DNA of 64,000 bases from an uncultured Myxococcales bacterium. Its GTDB lineage: Bacteria > Myxococcota_A > UBA9042. Shown one piece after another: positions 19,294 through 27,928 of this stretch (its first letter is position 1; each line of letters begins with the position of its first letter). Under the pieces are notes generated by a model that worked only from the letters and a program-made list of their open reading frames with translations, ran no database searches and was not told where the DNA came from. The position numbers and the translations under genes were made by a program. Where the stretch lies: assembly GCA_903883645.1 (NCBI GenBank), contig CAISBR010000081.1, forward strand, positions 2,833-66,832, in the 5' to 3' direction.

Positions 19294-20325
19294 CTACACT
19301 CCCGTTGGTCCATCTGGCGTTGTTCCATCTGGCGTTGTTCCATCTGGCGTTGTTCCATCTGGCGCGGCGACGTCTACAGGAGCGGGCGGGCGATCACCGC
19401 CGCGGTTGCCCACTACTGCGCCCCAGTCATTATCGCCAAAATCATGATCTTCGGGCCAAAACTCGGCAGGTGGCGGGCAGTAATAGCGCCGCGGCTGCCC
19501 CGTCGCCGGCTCGATTAGGCCCAAAGCGGCCGCGTGCAACGCAATGCGCCCCCGGTGCGGCCCGGTGGGATCGCCATACAGCCGGTCGCCCAGCAGCGGC
19601 CCGATCGCCCACGCCACATGCAGACGAATCTGATGCGTGCGCCCGGTGTCCAGCGCCAATTCGAGCAGCGACAGTTGCCGTTTAGCATCATAAGCCAGCG
19701 GATTTACCCATGTATGCGCCGGCATGCCGGTCGCCGTCAGCGCCATCCGCCCCGGCTCGATCTCGTCGACAGGCTCGTCGATGTCCATCACCCCTGGAGC
19801 ACGGCCGGTACGGGCAACGGCCAAGTAGCGGCGACGGGCGCGATGGCTCCGAAATTGTTCAGCAAGATCGGCAGCAGTCTCCCGATCGAGGGCGTAGACC
19901 ACCAGCCCCGAGGCATCGCGGTCAAGTCGATGAATTTCGCCAAGATACGTGTGCGGGCCCAGCTCGCGCTGCAGGCGCAGATTCAGCGCATCACCCCCGC
20001 GCGGCGGTGGTTGCGTGGGCAGGCCCGCCGGCTTGTTCACAATCCACAGGTGCGCATCGCGGTAAATCGTAACGATCTTGCCGGCATCAATGTCACGCCG
20101 CTCGGCCGGAGCCTGAGGCTGCACCCGCACTTGCTGCCCCTCTACCACGTGCACGCCGGGCTCGCGCACGCGCAGGCCCGCCACATATACCGCGCCGTCA
20201 CGGATCAAGTATTGGGCCTTGCCGCGACTCCATTGCAGCGCGGAGCTGACCGCGACGTCGAGCCGCATCGGCGATTGCACTGCAAACTCAACGGGCTGTT
20301 GATCTATTTCGCCAGTGGGACCCAT
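19294..20325 (-). CDS. RluA/RluD-family pseudouridine synthase with S4 domain
   Basis: RLDVAVS S4 domain; VNKPAG, HRLDRDASG, TGRTHQIRLH, GDRLYG, LHA. Start reassigned to ATG 20325. Confidence 0.9.
   Translation of the reverse strand: MGPTGEIDQQPVEFAVQSPMRLDVAVSSALQWSRGKAQYLIRDGAVYVAGLRVREPGVHVVEGQQVRVQPQAPAERRDIDAGKIVTIYRDAHLWIVNKPAGLPTQPPPRGGDALNLRLQRELGPHTYLGEIHRLDRDASGLVVYALDRETAADLAEQFRSHRARRRYLAVARTGRAPGVMDIDEPVDEIEPGRMALTATGMPAHTWVNPLAYDAKRQLSLLELALDTGRTHQIRLHVAWAIGPLLGDRLYGDPTGPHRGRIALHAAALGLIEPATGQPRRYYCPPPAEFWPEDHDFGDNDWGAVVGNRGGDRPPAPVDVAAPDGTTPDGTTPDGTTPDGPTGV
19303..19364 (-). repeat. 15-bp tandem repeat x4 encoding a PDGTT tail
   Basis: CGTTG(G/T)TCCATCTGG four times in tandem at the 3' end of the RluA gene. 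Confidence 0.9.
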
Positions 20326-20575
20326 CGTCACGTTCCTATCCGGGCCAAGGCGGGCCGGGCGCGCTCTGCGGCGACAACCCCGCCGGTGCACAAAGTTTTT
20401 GTCTAGGTCACTGCCGGTTTGGCAAACTGCCTCACCTGCCGTATCATGCCCCTTAGTCGTCGCGCGGGTCCAGCGTCGGAGCAGGCCTCGCCAGAATGAC
20501 CACGCCGAGCCGGTCACTCTGAGCGGATCACCCTGAGCGGCCCCAACCGGTAGAACGCGCGCAGCCGGAGTTGAA

Positions 20576-21460
20576 GTGGCGAACCCCCCGATCACCAATT
20601 TCGCAGTCGAACCCGATGTGCCGAACGACCCCCTCGCAGCGGCCGAAGGTCCCGAGTGGGCCCGTGCGCGCCACATGGCCGTGCTGGGCCTGCCTCTCGA
20701 CGAGCGCACTCTCAGCCTGCTCGCGGCGCTAGAGCACATCGATCTGCTCGTGCCTACCCGCGCAGAGGCCGCCACCAGGACCGTGCGCGTGCGGCAGCAG
20801 ACCGAAGAGTTGCCCGCCGCCGCAGTGGACGTGGCCGCAGCCCTCGACAGCGACCTAGCAGACGAACTGCCCGACGATATTGCTGAGGCGATTGAGCTTT
20901 CGCCGGATGAAGTGAGCGACGCTGGCTTTGCGCCGCCCGCCCCCGACGACGAGACGCTGCCCCAGACGATCAAGATGCCGCAGTTTGCGACGGCCGATAC
21001 CATCGTGCTGTCGGGCCCGGAGATCAAGCGCAAGATTCGCCATAAGCAATCGATCATGCCCAGTTACGTGGCGCAAGTGCTGTACGAAGACATCGGCGCT
21101 CTGTTCGAAATTGGGGATCGCGAAGGCGCGTTGGTATCCCTCGAGCGGCTGCTCGTGGTGGCGCCCATTACCCCGCAAATTGAGAGCTTCTTGGAGCATA
21201 ACGAGGCGCGGCTCGTCGAATACTACGAGTCGGTCCTCGGTCCATGGACGCGCACGGGGCGGCTGCGCGAGGGCGAGACGGCACTGCCCGGGGCGTTCTA
21301 TAGCTTTGAGAAGGTCGCCCAGTTGGTGCGCCACCTCGACGGTACGCTGCCTCTCGGTGAGGTGATCGCGCGCTCGGGTCTGCGCAACATCGAGGCGTGC
21401 TCCGTGCTGTCGCAGCTGTCGCGCTCGTCGAGCCTCGACCTGTCGGACAAGCCCGCTTAG
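20576..21460 (+). CDS. Hypothetical protein (acidic linker, helical domain, C-terminal winged-helix-like segment)
   Basis: Long ORF with coding-like codon usage; LDGTLPLGEVIARSGL..EA..VLSQL tail; abuts the GT gene. Confidence 0.7.
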   Translation: MANPPITNFAVEPDVPNDPLAAAEGPEWARARHMAVLGLPLDERTLSLLAALEHIDLLVPTRAEAATRTVRVRQQTEELPAAAVDVAAALDSDLADELPDDIAEAIELSPDEVSDAGFAPPAPDDETLPQTIKMPQFATADTIVLSGPEIKRKIRHKQSIMPSYVAQVLYEDIGALFEIGDREGALVSLERLLVVAPITPQIESFLEHNEARLVEYYESVLGPWTRTGRLREGETALPGAFYSFEKVAQLVRHLDGTLPLGEVIARSGLRNIEACSVLSQLSRSSSLDLSDKPA

Positions 21461-21463
21461 CTG

Positions 21464-22696
21464 ATGCCGAGTATTCTGATTGTCAGTGCCTACTTGGCGC
21501 CAGCCCAGGCCGTGGGAGCCCGGCGAGCGGAGCGGATGGCGACCCATCTGCAGGCCCGTGGCTGGCAGGTCACCGTGCTGACCCTGCGGCCCGAGTACAC
21601 CCCGCCCAGTGATCCCAGCCGGGAAGAACTGCAGAATATCGATGTAATTCGAACGCATGCCTTGATGCCCTTGGCCTGGGGCCGTTTGCTGCGCGAGCGG
21701 TACCGGGCTGCGCAAGGCGGTTCGCGAGCGCGGGTGGCCAGCCAAGGCGCAAGTCCGGCGCAAAGCGGGCGGTCGCGGCTGCAGGGGCTCCGCGAGAAGG
21801 TGCTGTTCCCCGATGAATTCAACGGCTGGCTGCCATTTGCCCTGCAAGCCGTGGCCGCACGCCGCTTCGACGTGGTCCTTGGCACGCTGCCGCCGTTTAC
21901 AGTCGGCGTGGTTGCGCGGGCGGTGGCCGAGCGCTGCCGGGCCAAGCTCGTGCTCGACTACCGTGATCCATGGGGTGATCTGAATCAAATTACCCGTCTT
22001 GAGCCCGTGTTGCGCGACCGCCACGGCCGCCTCGAAGACCGGGGACTCCGCCAAGCAGCGCTCGTGGTCGCGGTCACGCCGGTGCTAGCCGAGCAGCTGG
22101 CGCGGCGTACAACGGCACCCGTGGTCGAGATTGCCAATGCGGTCGACAGGGTACCCGAGCACTTGGTGTGCGGGCCCGAGTCAACGCTGGCCTATGCCGG
22201 CAGCTTGGCGTATGGGCGGTCGGTGGCGCCGCTGATGGCCGCAATGGCCGACTTATCGAGTGGCGGCAACGATTTGCAGCTTGTCTATGCAGGACCCGAT
22301 GGCGCCGCCGCCCGGGCCGCGGCTGGTCCGCACGCGGCGCGTCTACGCGATCTTGGCCCCGTGTCGGGCGCCCGCGCTGCGGCCCTTGTCGAGCAGGCGC
22401 GCGCGGGCCTCGTCCTGGCGTCGCCCGACTACCTCTACGCCTATCCCGGCAAGATCTTCGACATTTTGAATGCCTCCCGGCCGATCCTGCTGGTTGGCCC
22501 CGCGCGAAGCGCAGCCGCCGCGCTCGTGCGTCGCCACAACTTGGGCTGGGCCGTGGCCGACGACGACGATGCGGGGATGCGCCAAGCCCTGAGTGAGCTC
22601 GCAGCTGGCCGCAGCTTCACGCCCGTTCATCTTGACGAACTGTCTACCCAGACGACCATGGATCGGCTCGACCTTGAGCTGCGCAATCTGCTGTAA
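21464..22696 (+). CDS. Glycosyltransferase, GT4/GT-B fold
   Basis: ILIVSAY..P...GARR, GWQVTVLT, FPD...W, DYRDPW, YAGSL, PGKIFDIL..RPIL. Confidence 0.85.
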   Translation: MPSILIVSAYLAPAQAVGARRAERMATHLQARGWQVTVLTLRPEYTPPSDPSREELQNIDVIRTHALMPLAWGRLLRERYRAAQGGSRARVASQGASPAQSGRSRLQGLREKVLFPDEFNGWLPFALQAVAARRFDVVLGTLPPFTVGVVARAVAERCRAKLVLDYRDPWGDLNQITRLEPVLRDRHGRLEDRGLRQAALVVAVTPVLAEQLARRTTAPVVEIANAVDRVPEHLVCGPESTLAYAGSLAYGRSVAPLMAAMADLSSGGNDLQLVYAGPDGAAARAAAGPHAARLRDLGPVSGARAAALVEQARAGLVLASPDYLYAYPGKIFDILNASRPILLVGPARSAAAALVRRHNLGWAVADDDDAGMRQALSELAAGRSFTPVHLDELSTQTTMDRLDLELRNLL

Positions 22697-22702
22697 CTGC
22701 AA

Positions 22703-23527
22703 CTAAATCGGACAGTCGTGCCCTTCAGCCGCCGCCATGACCGGAATGTTGATGCCGCTCTGTGCTTCGGCCAACATCGTCACAATTCCCTCGTCGTCGC
22801 AACCGGGAGCGTGGTGGGTCAGGCACAGGCGCTTGACCTGGGCCACGGTCGCCATCTCGAGCGCCTGCGCCAGCGTCGAGCCGCCCCAGCGCAACTTCAG
22901 CTCATTCGGCACCTTCCACGTGCAGTCGTGCAAGAGCAGGTCGGCACCGCGGGCAAAGTCGGCCGCGCGCTGCAAAATCGTGCCCGTCGGGTGGTCGATG
23001 CCGGTCATCAGCACCACATCGCGCCCGTCGGCGCTTACCCGCCACGCCGCACCGCTGCCATGTCCGTGGGGCACGCAGAGTTGTTGAACGCGGAATTCAC
23101 CAATCGCAATGTCGCGGTCGCACAGGTCGCTGATCGTGAGCGTCGCGCCTAGATTATCCAGGCTGTTGATGGGGCACACATGCGAGTCGAACAAATCGTC
23201 GAGCACTCCGCGCAGCGAAGTCTGTGATGCAGCACCATAAATATCGATCTTGTTGCCGGGGATGAAGGCCGGAACAAAGAACGGCAGCCCAGCAGTGTGG
23301 TCCAGGTGAGTGTGGGTGAGCAGGACCGACAAGTGCCCATTTCCACGGCCAAATTCTTGCGCCATCAGCGCCCGACCAAAGGGGATCGCCCCCGTGCCCA
23401 GGTCGACCAGCAGCCGTGATCCGCTATCGCTTATCACCTCGATAGCTGCGGTATTGCCGCCGTAGCACTGGGTCGCGGCAGATGCCACCGGATAGAAGCC
23501 GCGGACGCCCCAGAAGTGCAGCTTCAT
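22703..23527 (-). CDS. MBL-fold metallo-hydrolase (degenerate motifs)
   Basis: FWGVRG, YGGNT, DLGTG, THTHLDH, HHAP; ATGA overlap with the upstream paralog. Confidence 0.85.
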   Translation of the reverse strand: MKLHFWGVRGFYPVASAATQCYGGNTAAIEVISDSGSRLLVDLGTGAIPFGRALMAQEFGRGNGHLSVLLTHTHLDHTAGLPFFVPAFIPGNKIDIYGAASQTSLRGVLDDLFDSHVCPINSLDNLGATLTISDLCDRDIAIGEFRVQQLCVPHGHGSGAAWRVSADGRDVVLMTGIDHPTGTILQRAADFARGADLLLHDCTWKVPNELKLRWGGSTLAQALEMATVAQVKRLCLTHHAPGCDDEGIVTMLAEAQSGINIPVMAAAEGHDCPI

Positions 23528-24456
23528 GATGCAACCCGTCTGGCCGGCGCGGCACCGCCGATCCGGAGCACCATGCCTTCGCGCGCAGTGGTCACTTCAA
23601 GACCGACTTGCCGACCCAAGTTGGCGTACAGGCCCGACATTTGGTCCAAGATCGCGTCGTTGTGATTGGGCGCGTGATGGTAGAGCACCAGCTGCCGGAT
23701 GCCGATGCCGGTACAGAGCGCCAAGGCCTGGTCGGGCGTCGAGTGGCCGTAATGGGGAAATTTGGCGTACTCTTCGGGGGTAAAGTGGGTGTCGTAGATA
23801 ACAGTGTCGCAGCCACGAATCGCGCGCACGACGCCGTCTCGCATCTCTTGCAGTTCTAGACCGTCCGCCTCGCTAATGGGTTCAAGTCCATGCAAGAAAT
23901 GCTTTTTATGCAGCACTTCGGTGAACGGGGCCGTGTCGCAGACATAGGCGCACGAGGTGCCATCGGCGTCGATGCGGTAGCCCATTGCACCCGACGGGTG
24001 GTTGAGGCGAAATGCCGTAACGCGAAAGGATTGGGGCGTAAACGTCTCGTCGGCCAAGACTTCGTGAAAGTCGAATGGTGCCGCAAAGTCGTCGAGCGCG
24101 GCGGGGAAGAATTCGTGGCGCGCCACACCGGCCAGCACTTTGGCCAGCGGCTTGGCCGTGTCGGGCATAGCGTGGATCGAGATGCGAGCGCGCGAGTCGT
24201 AAGCCGGGGCAAAGAATGGCAAGCCCTGAATGTGATCCCAGTGCAGATGCGACAGCAGAATATGATGCGTGCCAGCGAGTTGCCCGCGGCTCATCAAGTG
24301 GTCGCCAAGGCGCGTGAGGCCGGTACCGGCGTCGACAACAAGTCGCTCGCCGCCGTCAGCCAGCACCTCGACACACGAAGTGTTGCCACCGTATCGAACT
24401 GTCTCGGGGGCAGGCGTGGGATAACTCCCTCGCACACCCCAAAACGTTACTTCCAC
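23524..24456 (-). CDS. MBL-fold metallo-hydrolase
   Basis: FWGVRGS, YGGNTSC, DAGTG, SHLHWDHIQG, LNHP, YGHS, HHAP. Confidence 0.9.
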   Translation of the reverse strand: MEVTFWGVRGSYPTPAPETVRYGGNTSCVEVLADGGERLVVDAGTGLTRLGDHLMSRGQLAGTHHILLSHLHWDHIQGLPFFAPAYDSRARISIHAMPDTAKPLAKVLAGVARHEFFPAALDDFAAPFDFHEVLADETFTPQSFRVTAFRLNHPSGAMGYRIDADGTSCAYVCDTAPFTEVLHKKHFLHGLEPISEADGLELQEMRDGVVRAIRGCDTVIYDTHFTPEEYAKFPHYGHSTPDQALALCTGIGIRQLVLYHHAPNHNDAILDQMSGLYANLGRQVGLEVTTAREGMVLRIGGAAPARRVAS

Positions 24457-24657
24457 CCAAAGACCTCCGTTCGATGTGGGTCACTCGAAAGGGCACCGAC
24501 GCGGGGCGATCGGGGCTCGTGCCGAGACTGTAACGACCCGTGAGTTGTATCGCAAGCTGTCGGCGGCACATCCCGGCAACTTCAGCAAATTCCGCTCGGC
24601 ACGTGACGCGAACATGACAGCGGCGCTGCTGGCTTGGGGCCGGCGCCTTCTAGCTGT

Positions 24658-24672
24658 TTTTACTTAGTAAAA
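24658..24672. promoter_or_regulatory. Perfect 7-1-7 palindrome, candidate operator
   Basis: TTTTACT-T-AGTAAAA in the divergent MBL/pntA intergenic region. Confidence 0.45.
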
Positions 24673-24881
24673 TATCGTTGGTCGGCACCGACCGGCCATG
24701 GGTGTCGCGATGCCCTCCGCCAGGGTTCGACCAGAAATATTCTGCAACAGGGTCGCAATGCAAGGTTTTTTTCGCGATCCATCATTTCGTCGGCGGTTTG
24801 ACTTGTGGCAGCGGTCGCCCCAAACTCCGGCCGCCTCGGAGCGCCTGCGTGGCGCACTGGGCCCCAGCCCGCGAGAAACTC

Positions 24882-26489
24882 ATGCGCATCGCCATTCCCA
24901 AAGAATCCTACCCCGGTGAACGCCGGGTGGCCGCCAGCCCCGAAAGCGTCAAGAAGCTGAAAGGCCTTGGCTTTTCGGTCGTAGTCGAAAGCGGCGCCGG
25001 CGAGACGGCTCACTACCCCGACCGGCTCTACGTCGCCGCTGGGGCTGAGATCGAGAGTGATCCCAAAGCGTTGTATGCCAACGCCCAGATCCTGCTCAAG
25101 GTCCGGCCGCCGTGTGAGCGCGACGGGGTTGGCCACGAGATCGACCTGCTCAAGCCGGGCTCCACGCTGCTGAGCTTTATCTATCCGGCCCGCTCGCCCG
25201 AGCTTCTGCAACGGCTAAATGCCAACAAAATCCAGTGCTTAGCGATGGACATGGTGCCGCGCATCTCGCGCGCCCAGAAGCTCGACGCGCTGAGTTCAAT
25301 GGCCAACATCGCCGGTTACCGCGCGGTGATCTTGGCGGCCAACCACTTCGGCTCGTTCTTCTGCGGCCAGATGACGGCGGCGGGCAAGGTCGCGCCGGCC
25401 AAGGTGCTGGTGATCGGCGCAGGCGTGGCGGGCCTAGCGGCGCTGGGTGCGGCCAAGGGCCTGGGCGCGATCGTCCGGTCGTTTGATACCCGGCCGGCGG
25501 TGCGCGATCAGGTCAAGTCGATGGGCGCCGAGTTCCTCGAAGTGACCATCGAAGAAGACGGCGAGGGTACGGGCGGTTACGCCAAAGAGATGAGCCCCGC
25601 GTTCATCGCCGCCGAGATGGAGCTGTTCCGCCAGCAGGCCAAAGAGGTCGACATCGTCATCACGACGGCGCTGATCCCCAACAAGGCAGCGCCCAAGCTG
25701 TGGCTGAAAGACATGGTCGGGCTGATGAAGCCGGGCTCTGTTGTGGTTGATCTGGCTGCGGAATCGGGCGGCAACTGCGAGTACACGCGCGCCGACGAAG
25801 TCGTGGTCGAGCACGGCGTAACCATTCTTGGCCCCACGGATTTGCCCAGTCAGTTGGCCACCACGGCGAGCCAGCTGTACGCGCAGAATCTGGTGCACAT
25901 GCTGAGCGACATCGGCGGTGCCAAGGCCGAGAAAGACGGGATTTTGGGCCTGAATCTCGAAGACGAGGTCGTGCGCGGCGCCCTGGTAACGCAAAACGGC
26001 GAAGTGACTTGGCCGCCACCGGTGCGCCCTGCTCCCCCGGCGCCAGCTGTAAAGCCTGCGGCGGCGACTGCGGCTCCTGCCAAGTCGGGCCACGGCGGTC
26101 ACGGCGCGGCGCCAGCTCCAGCGGGTCCGGCGAGCAAGGCCGGCTTGACCTGGGGCGCTATCGGCGCGGTTCTGCTGATGTTTGGAGCCGCCCAGATGGG
26201 CCACGACGCCGGCCCCGTGCATTTTATGCAACAGCTGACCGTGTTTGCGCTGTCGTGCTTTGTGGGCTTTCAAGTGATTTGGAGTGTGGCGCCTGCGCTT
26301 CACACCCCGCTAATGGCCGTAACCAATGCCATTTCTGGCGTGATCGTGGTGGGCGGCATGCTGCACCTGCACGGTAAAGCCCATGGTCCTGCGCTGATTC
26401 TGGCCCTGCTGGCCGTGTTGTTCGCCACGGTCAATATCGGCGGCGGCTTCTTGGTAACCCAGCGTATGCTAAAGATGTTCCGCAAGTAA
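24882..26489 (+). CDS. pntA: NAD(P) transhydrogenase subunit alpha
   Basis: MRIAIPKE..GERRVA, RAQKLDALSSMANIAGY, GAGVAG, GGYAKEMS, ALHTPLMAVTNAISG, GGFLVTQRMLKMF. Confidence 0.96.
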   Translation: MRIAIPKESYPGERRVAASPESVKKLKGLGFSVVVESGAGETAHYPDRLYVAAGAEIESDPKALYANAQILLKVRPPCERDGVGHEIDLLKPGSTLLSFIYPARSPELLQRLNANKIQCLAMDMVPRISRAQKLDALSSMANIAGYRAVILAANHFGSFFCGQMTAAGKVAPAKVLVIGAGVAGLAALGAAKGLGAIVRSFDTRPAVRDQVKSMGAEFLEVTIEEDGEGTGGYAKEMSPAFIAAEMELFRQQAKEVDIVITTALIPNKAAPKLWLKDMVGLMKPGSVVVDLAAESGGNCEYTRADEVVVEHGVTILGPTDLPSQLATTASQLYAQNLVHMLSDIGGAKAEKDGILGLNLEDEVVRGALVTQNGEVTWPPPVRPAPPAPAVKPAAATAAPAKSGHGGHGAAPAPAGPASKAGLTWGAIGAVLLMFGAAQMGHDAGPVHFMQQLTVFALSCFVGFQVIWSVAPALHTPLMAVTNAISGVIVVGGMLHLHGKAHGPALILALLAVLFATVNIGGGFLVTQRMLKMFRK

Positions 26490-26501
26490 CGGGAGTAGAC
26501 C

Positions 26502-27890
26502 GTGGAATCCTTCCTAACTCTGACCTGGATGGTGGCGGGCGTGCTGTTTATCAGCTCGCTGCGCGGTCTTGGACACCAAGAAACCGCCCGCCGCGGCAAC
26601 GGTTTCGGCATTGTGGGCATGGCGCTCGCGATTGTGGCGCTGCTGGCCTCGGGCAAGGTGGCCAACCTAGAGCTGCTTGTGCCGGCGCTGGTCGGCGGCG
26701 CAGTGGTCGGCGGCGTGATGGCCCAGCGTGTGGCGATGACGTCCATGCCAGAACTGGTTGCAATTCTGCACAGTTTTGTCGGCTTGGCCGCGGTGCTGGT
26801 CGGCTTTGCCGCGTACCTGGACCCACCCGACGGCCAGGGCAACAAGGTGCACGACGTCGAGATCTGGATCGACGTGCTGATCGGCGCGATCACCTTTACC
26901 GGCTCGATCGTGGCGTTCTTAAAGCTGCGCGGCTCGGTGTCGGGCAAGCCCTTGTTGCTGCCCGGGCGCCACATGCTCAACTTGGTGGTGATCTTGGCGA
27001 GCCTGGGCTTGGTCGTGCCGTTTGCGCAGGCCGAGGGCACCAGCGGCATCATCTACCTGGTAATCATGTCGGTTTTGGCGGGGTTACAAGGCATCCACTT
27101 GGTCGCGGCCATCGGCGGCGCCGACATGCCCGTCGTGGTGTCGATGCTCAACAGCTACTCCGGTTGGACGGCGTCGGCCGCGGGCTTCATGCTCGACAAC
27201 AACCTGCTGATCATCACCGGCGCATTGGTCGGTTCCTCAGGCGCAATCCTGAGTTACATCATGTGCAAGGCGATGAACCGCTCGCTGCTTTCCGTCATCT
27301 TTGGCGGCTTTGGCGCCGACCCCAAGCCCGGCAGCGCGGGCCCGGCAGTGGTGCACGAGGGCGAGCCGATCGCCACCAATCTCGACGAGCTGGTCGAAGA
27401 ACTGAGCGAGGCCCGCGAGGTCATCGTGGTTCCGGGCTACGGCATGGCCGTCGCGCGCGCACAACATGCAGTGCGGCAGCTGGTCGATGTGCTCAAGGCC
27501 AAGGGCTGCAACACCCGCTTTGCCATCCACCCGGTGGCGGGTCGCCTGCCTGGCCACATGAACGTGCTGCTCGCTGAAGCCAGCGTCCCCTATGATATCG
27601 TTCTAGAAATGGACGAGATCAACGCCGACTTCCCCAAGACCGACGTGGTGCTGGTGATCGGCGCCAACGACATCGTGAACCCCGGTGCGCAGACCGACGC
27701 CAGCAGCCCGATCTACGGCATGCCGGTGCTCGAAGTGTGGAAGGCCAAGCGCGTGGTCGTGCTGAAGCGTTCGCGCTCGGTGGGTTACGCCGGCGTGGAT
27801 AACCCGCTGTTCTACGAGCAGAACACCCGCATGTTCTATGCCGACGCGAAAGACGGTATGGAGAAAGTGGTCGCGGGTCTGCAGAAGTAG
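26502..27890 (+). CDS. pntB: NAD(P) transhydrogenase subunit beta
   Basis: MPELVAILHSFVG, GGADMPVVVSMLNSYSG, VPGYGMAVA, HPVAGRLPGHMNVLLAEA, GYAGVDN. Confidence 0.96.
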   Translation: MESFLTLTWMVAGVLFISSLRGLGHQETARRGNGFGIVGMALAIVALLASGKVANLELLVPALVGGAVVGGVMAQRVAMTSMPELVAILHSFVGLAAVLVGFAAYLDPPDGQGNKVHDVEIWIDVLIGAITFTGSIVAFLKLRGSVSGKPLLLPGRHMLNLVVILASLGLVVPFAQAEGTSGIIYLVIMSVLAGLQGIHLVAAIGGADMPVVVSMLNSYSGWTASAAGFMLDNNLLIITGALVGSSGAILSYIMCKAMNRSLLSVIFGGFGADPKPGSAGPAVVHEGEPIATNLDELVEELSEAREVIVVPGYGMAVARAQHAVRQLVDVLKAKGCNTRFAIHPVAGRLPGHMNVLLAEASVPYDIVLEMDEINADFPKTDVVLVIGANDIVNPGAQTDASSPIYGMPVLEVWKAKRVVVLKRSRSVGYAGVDNPLFYEQNTRMFYADAKDGMEKVVAGLQK

Positions 27891-27928
27891 TTCGGACCGC
27901 AGATTGCCGCACAACAGCTTGTCATAAA

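Noticed and set aside
19303-19364. CRISPR-like short repeats
   Set aside because: Direct tandem 15-mers without spacers, inside a CDS.
20326-21057. Long N-terminal extension of RluA in the ORF track
   Set aside because: Antisense overlap with the 20576..21460 gene; homology starts near 20325. The ORF-track extensions of pntA, ychF, glmM, the yeeE fusion and the fibre gene were trimmed to starts where recognisable motifs or an RBS begin.
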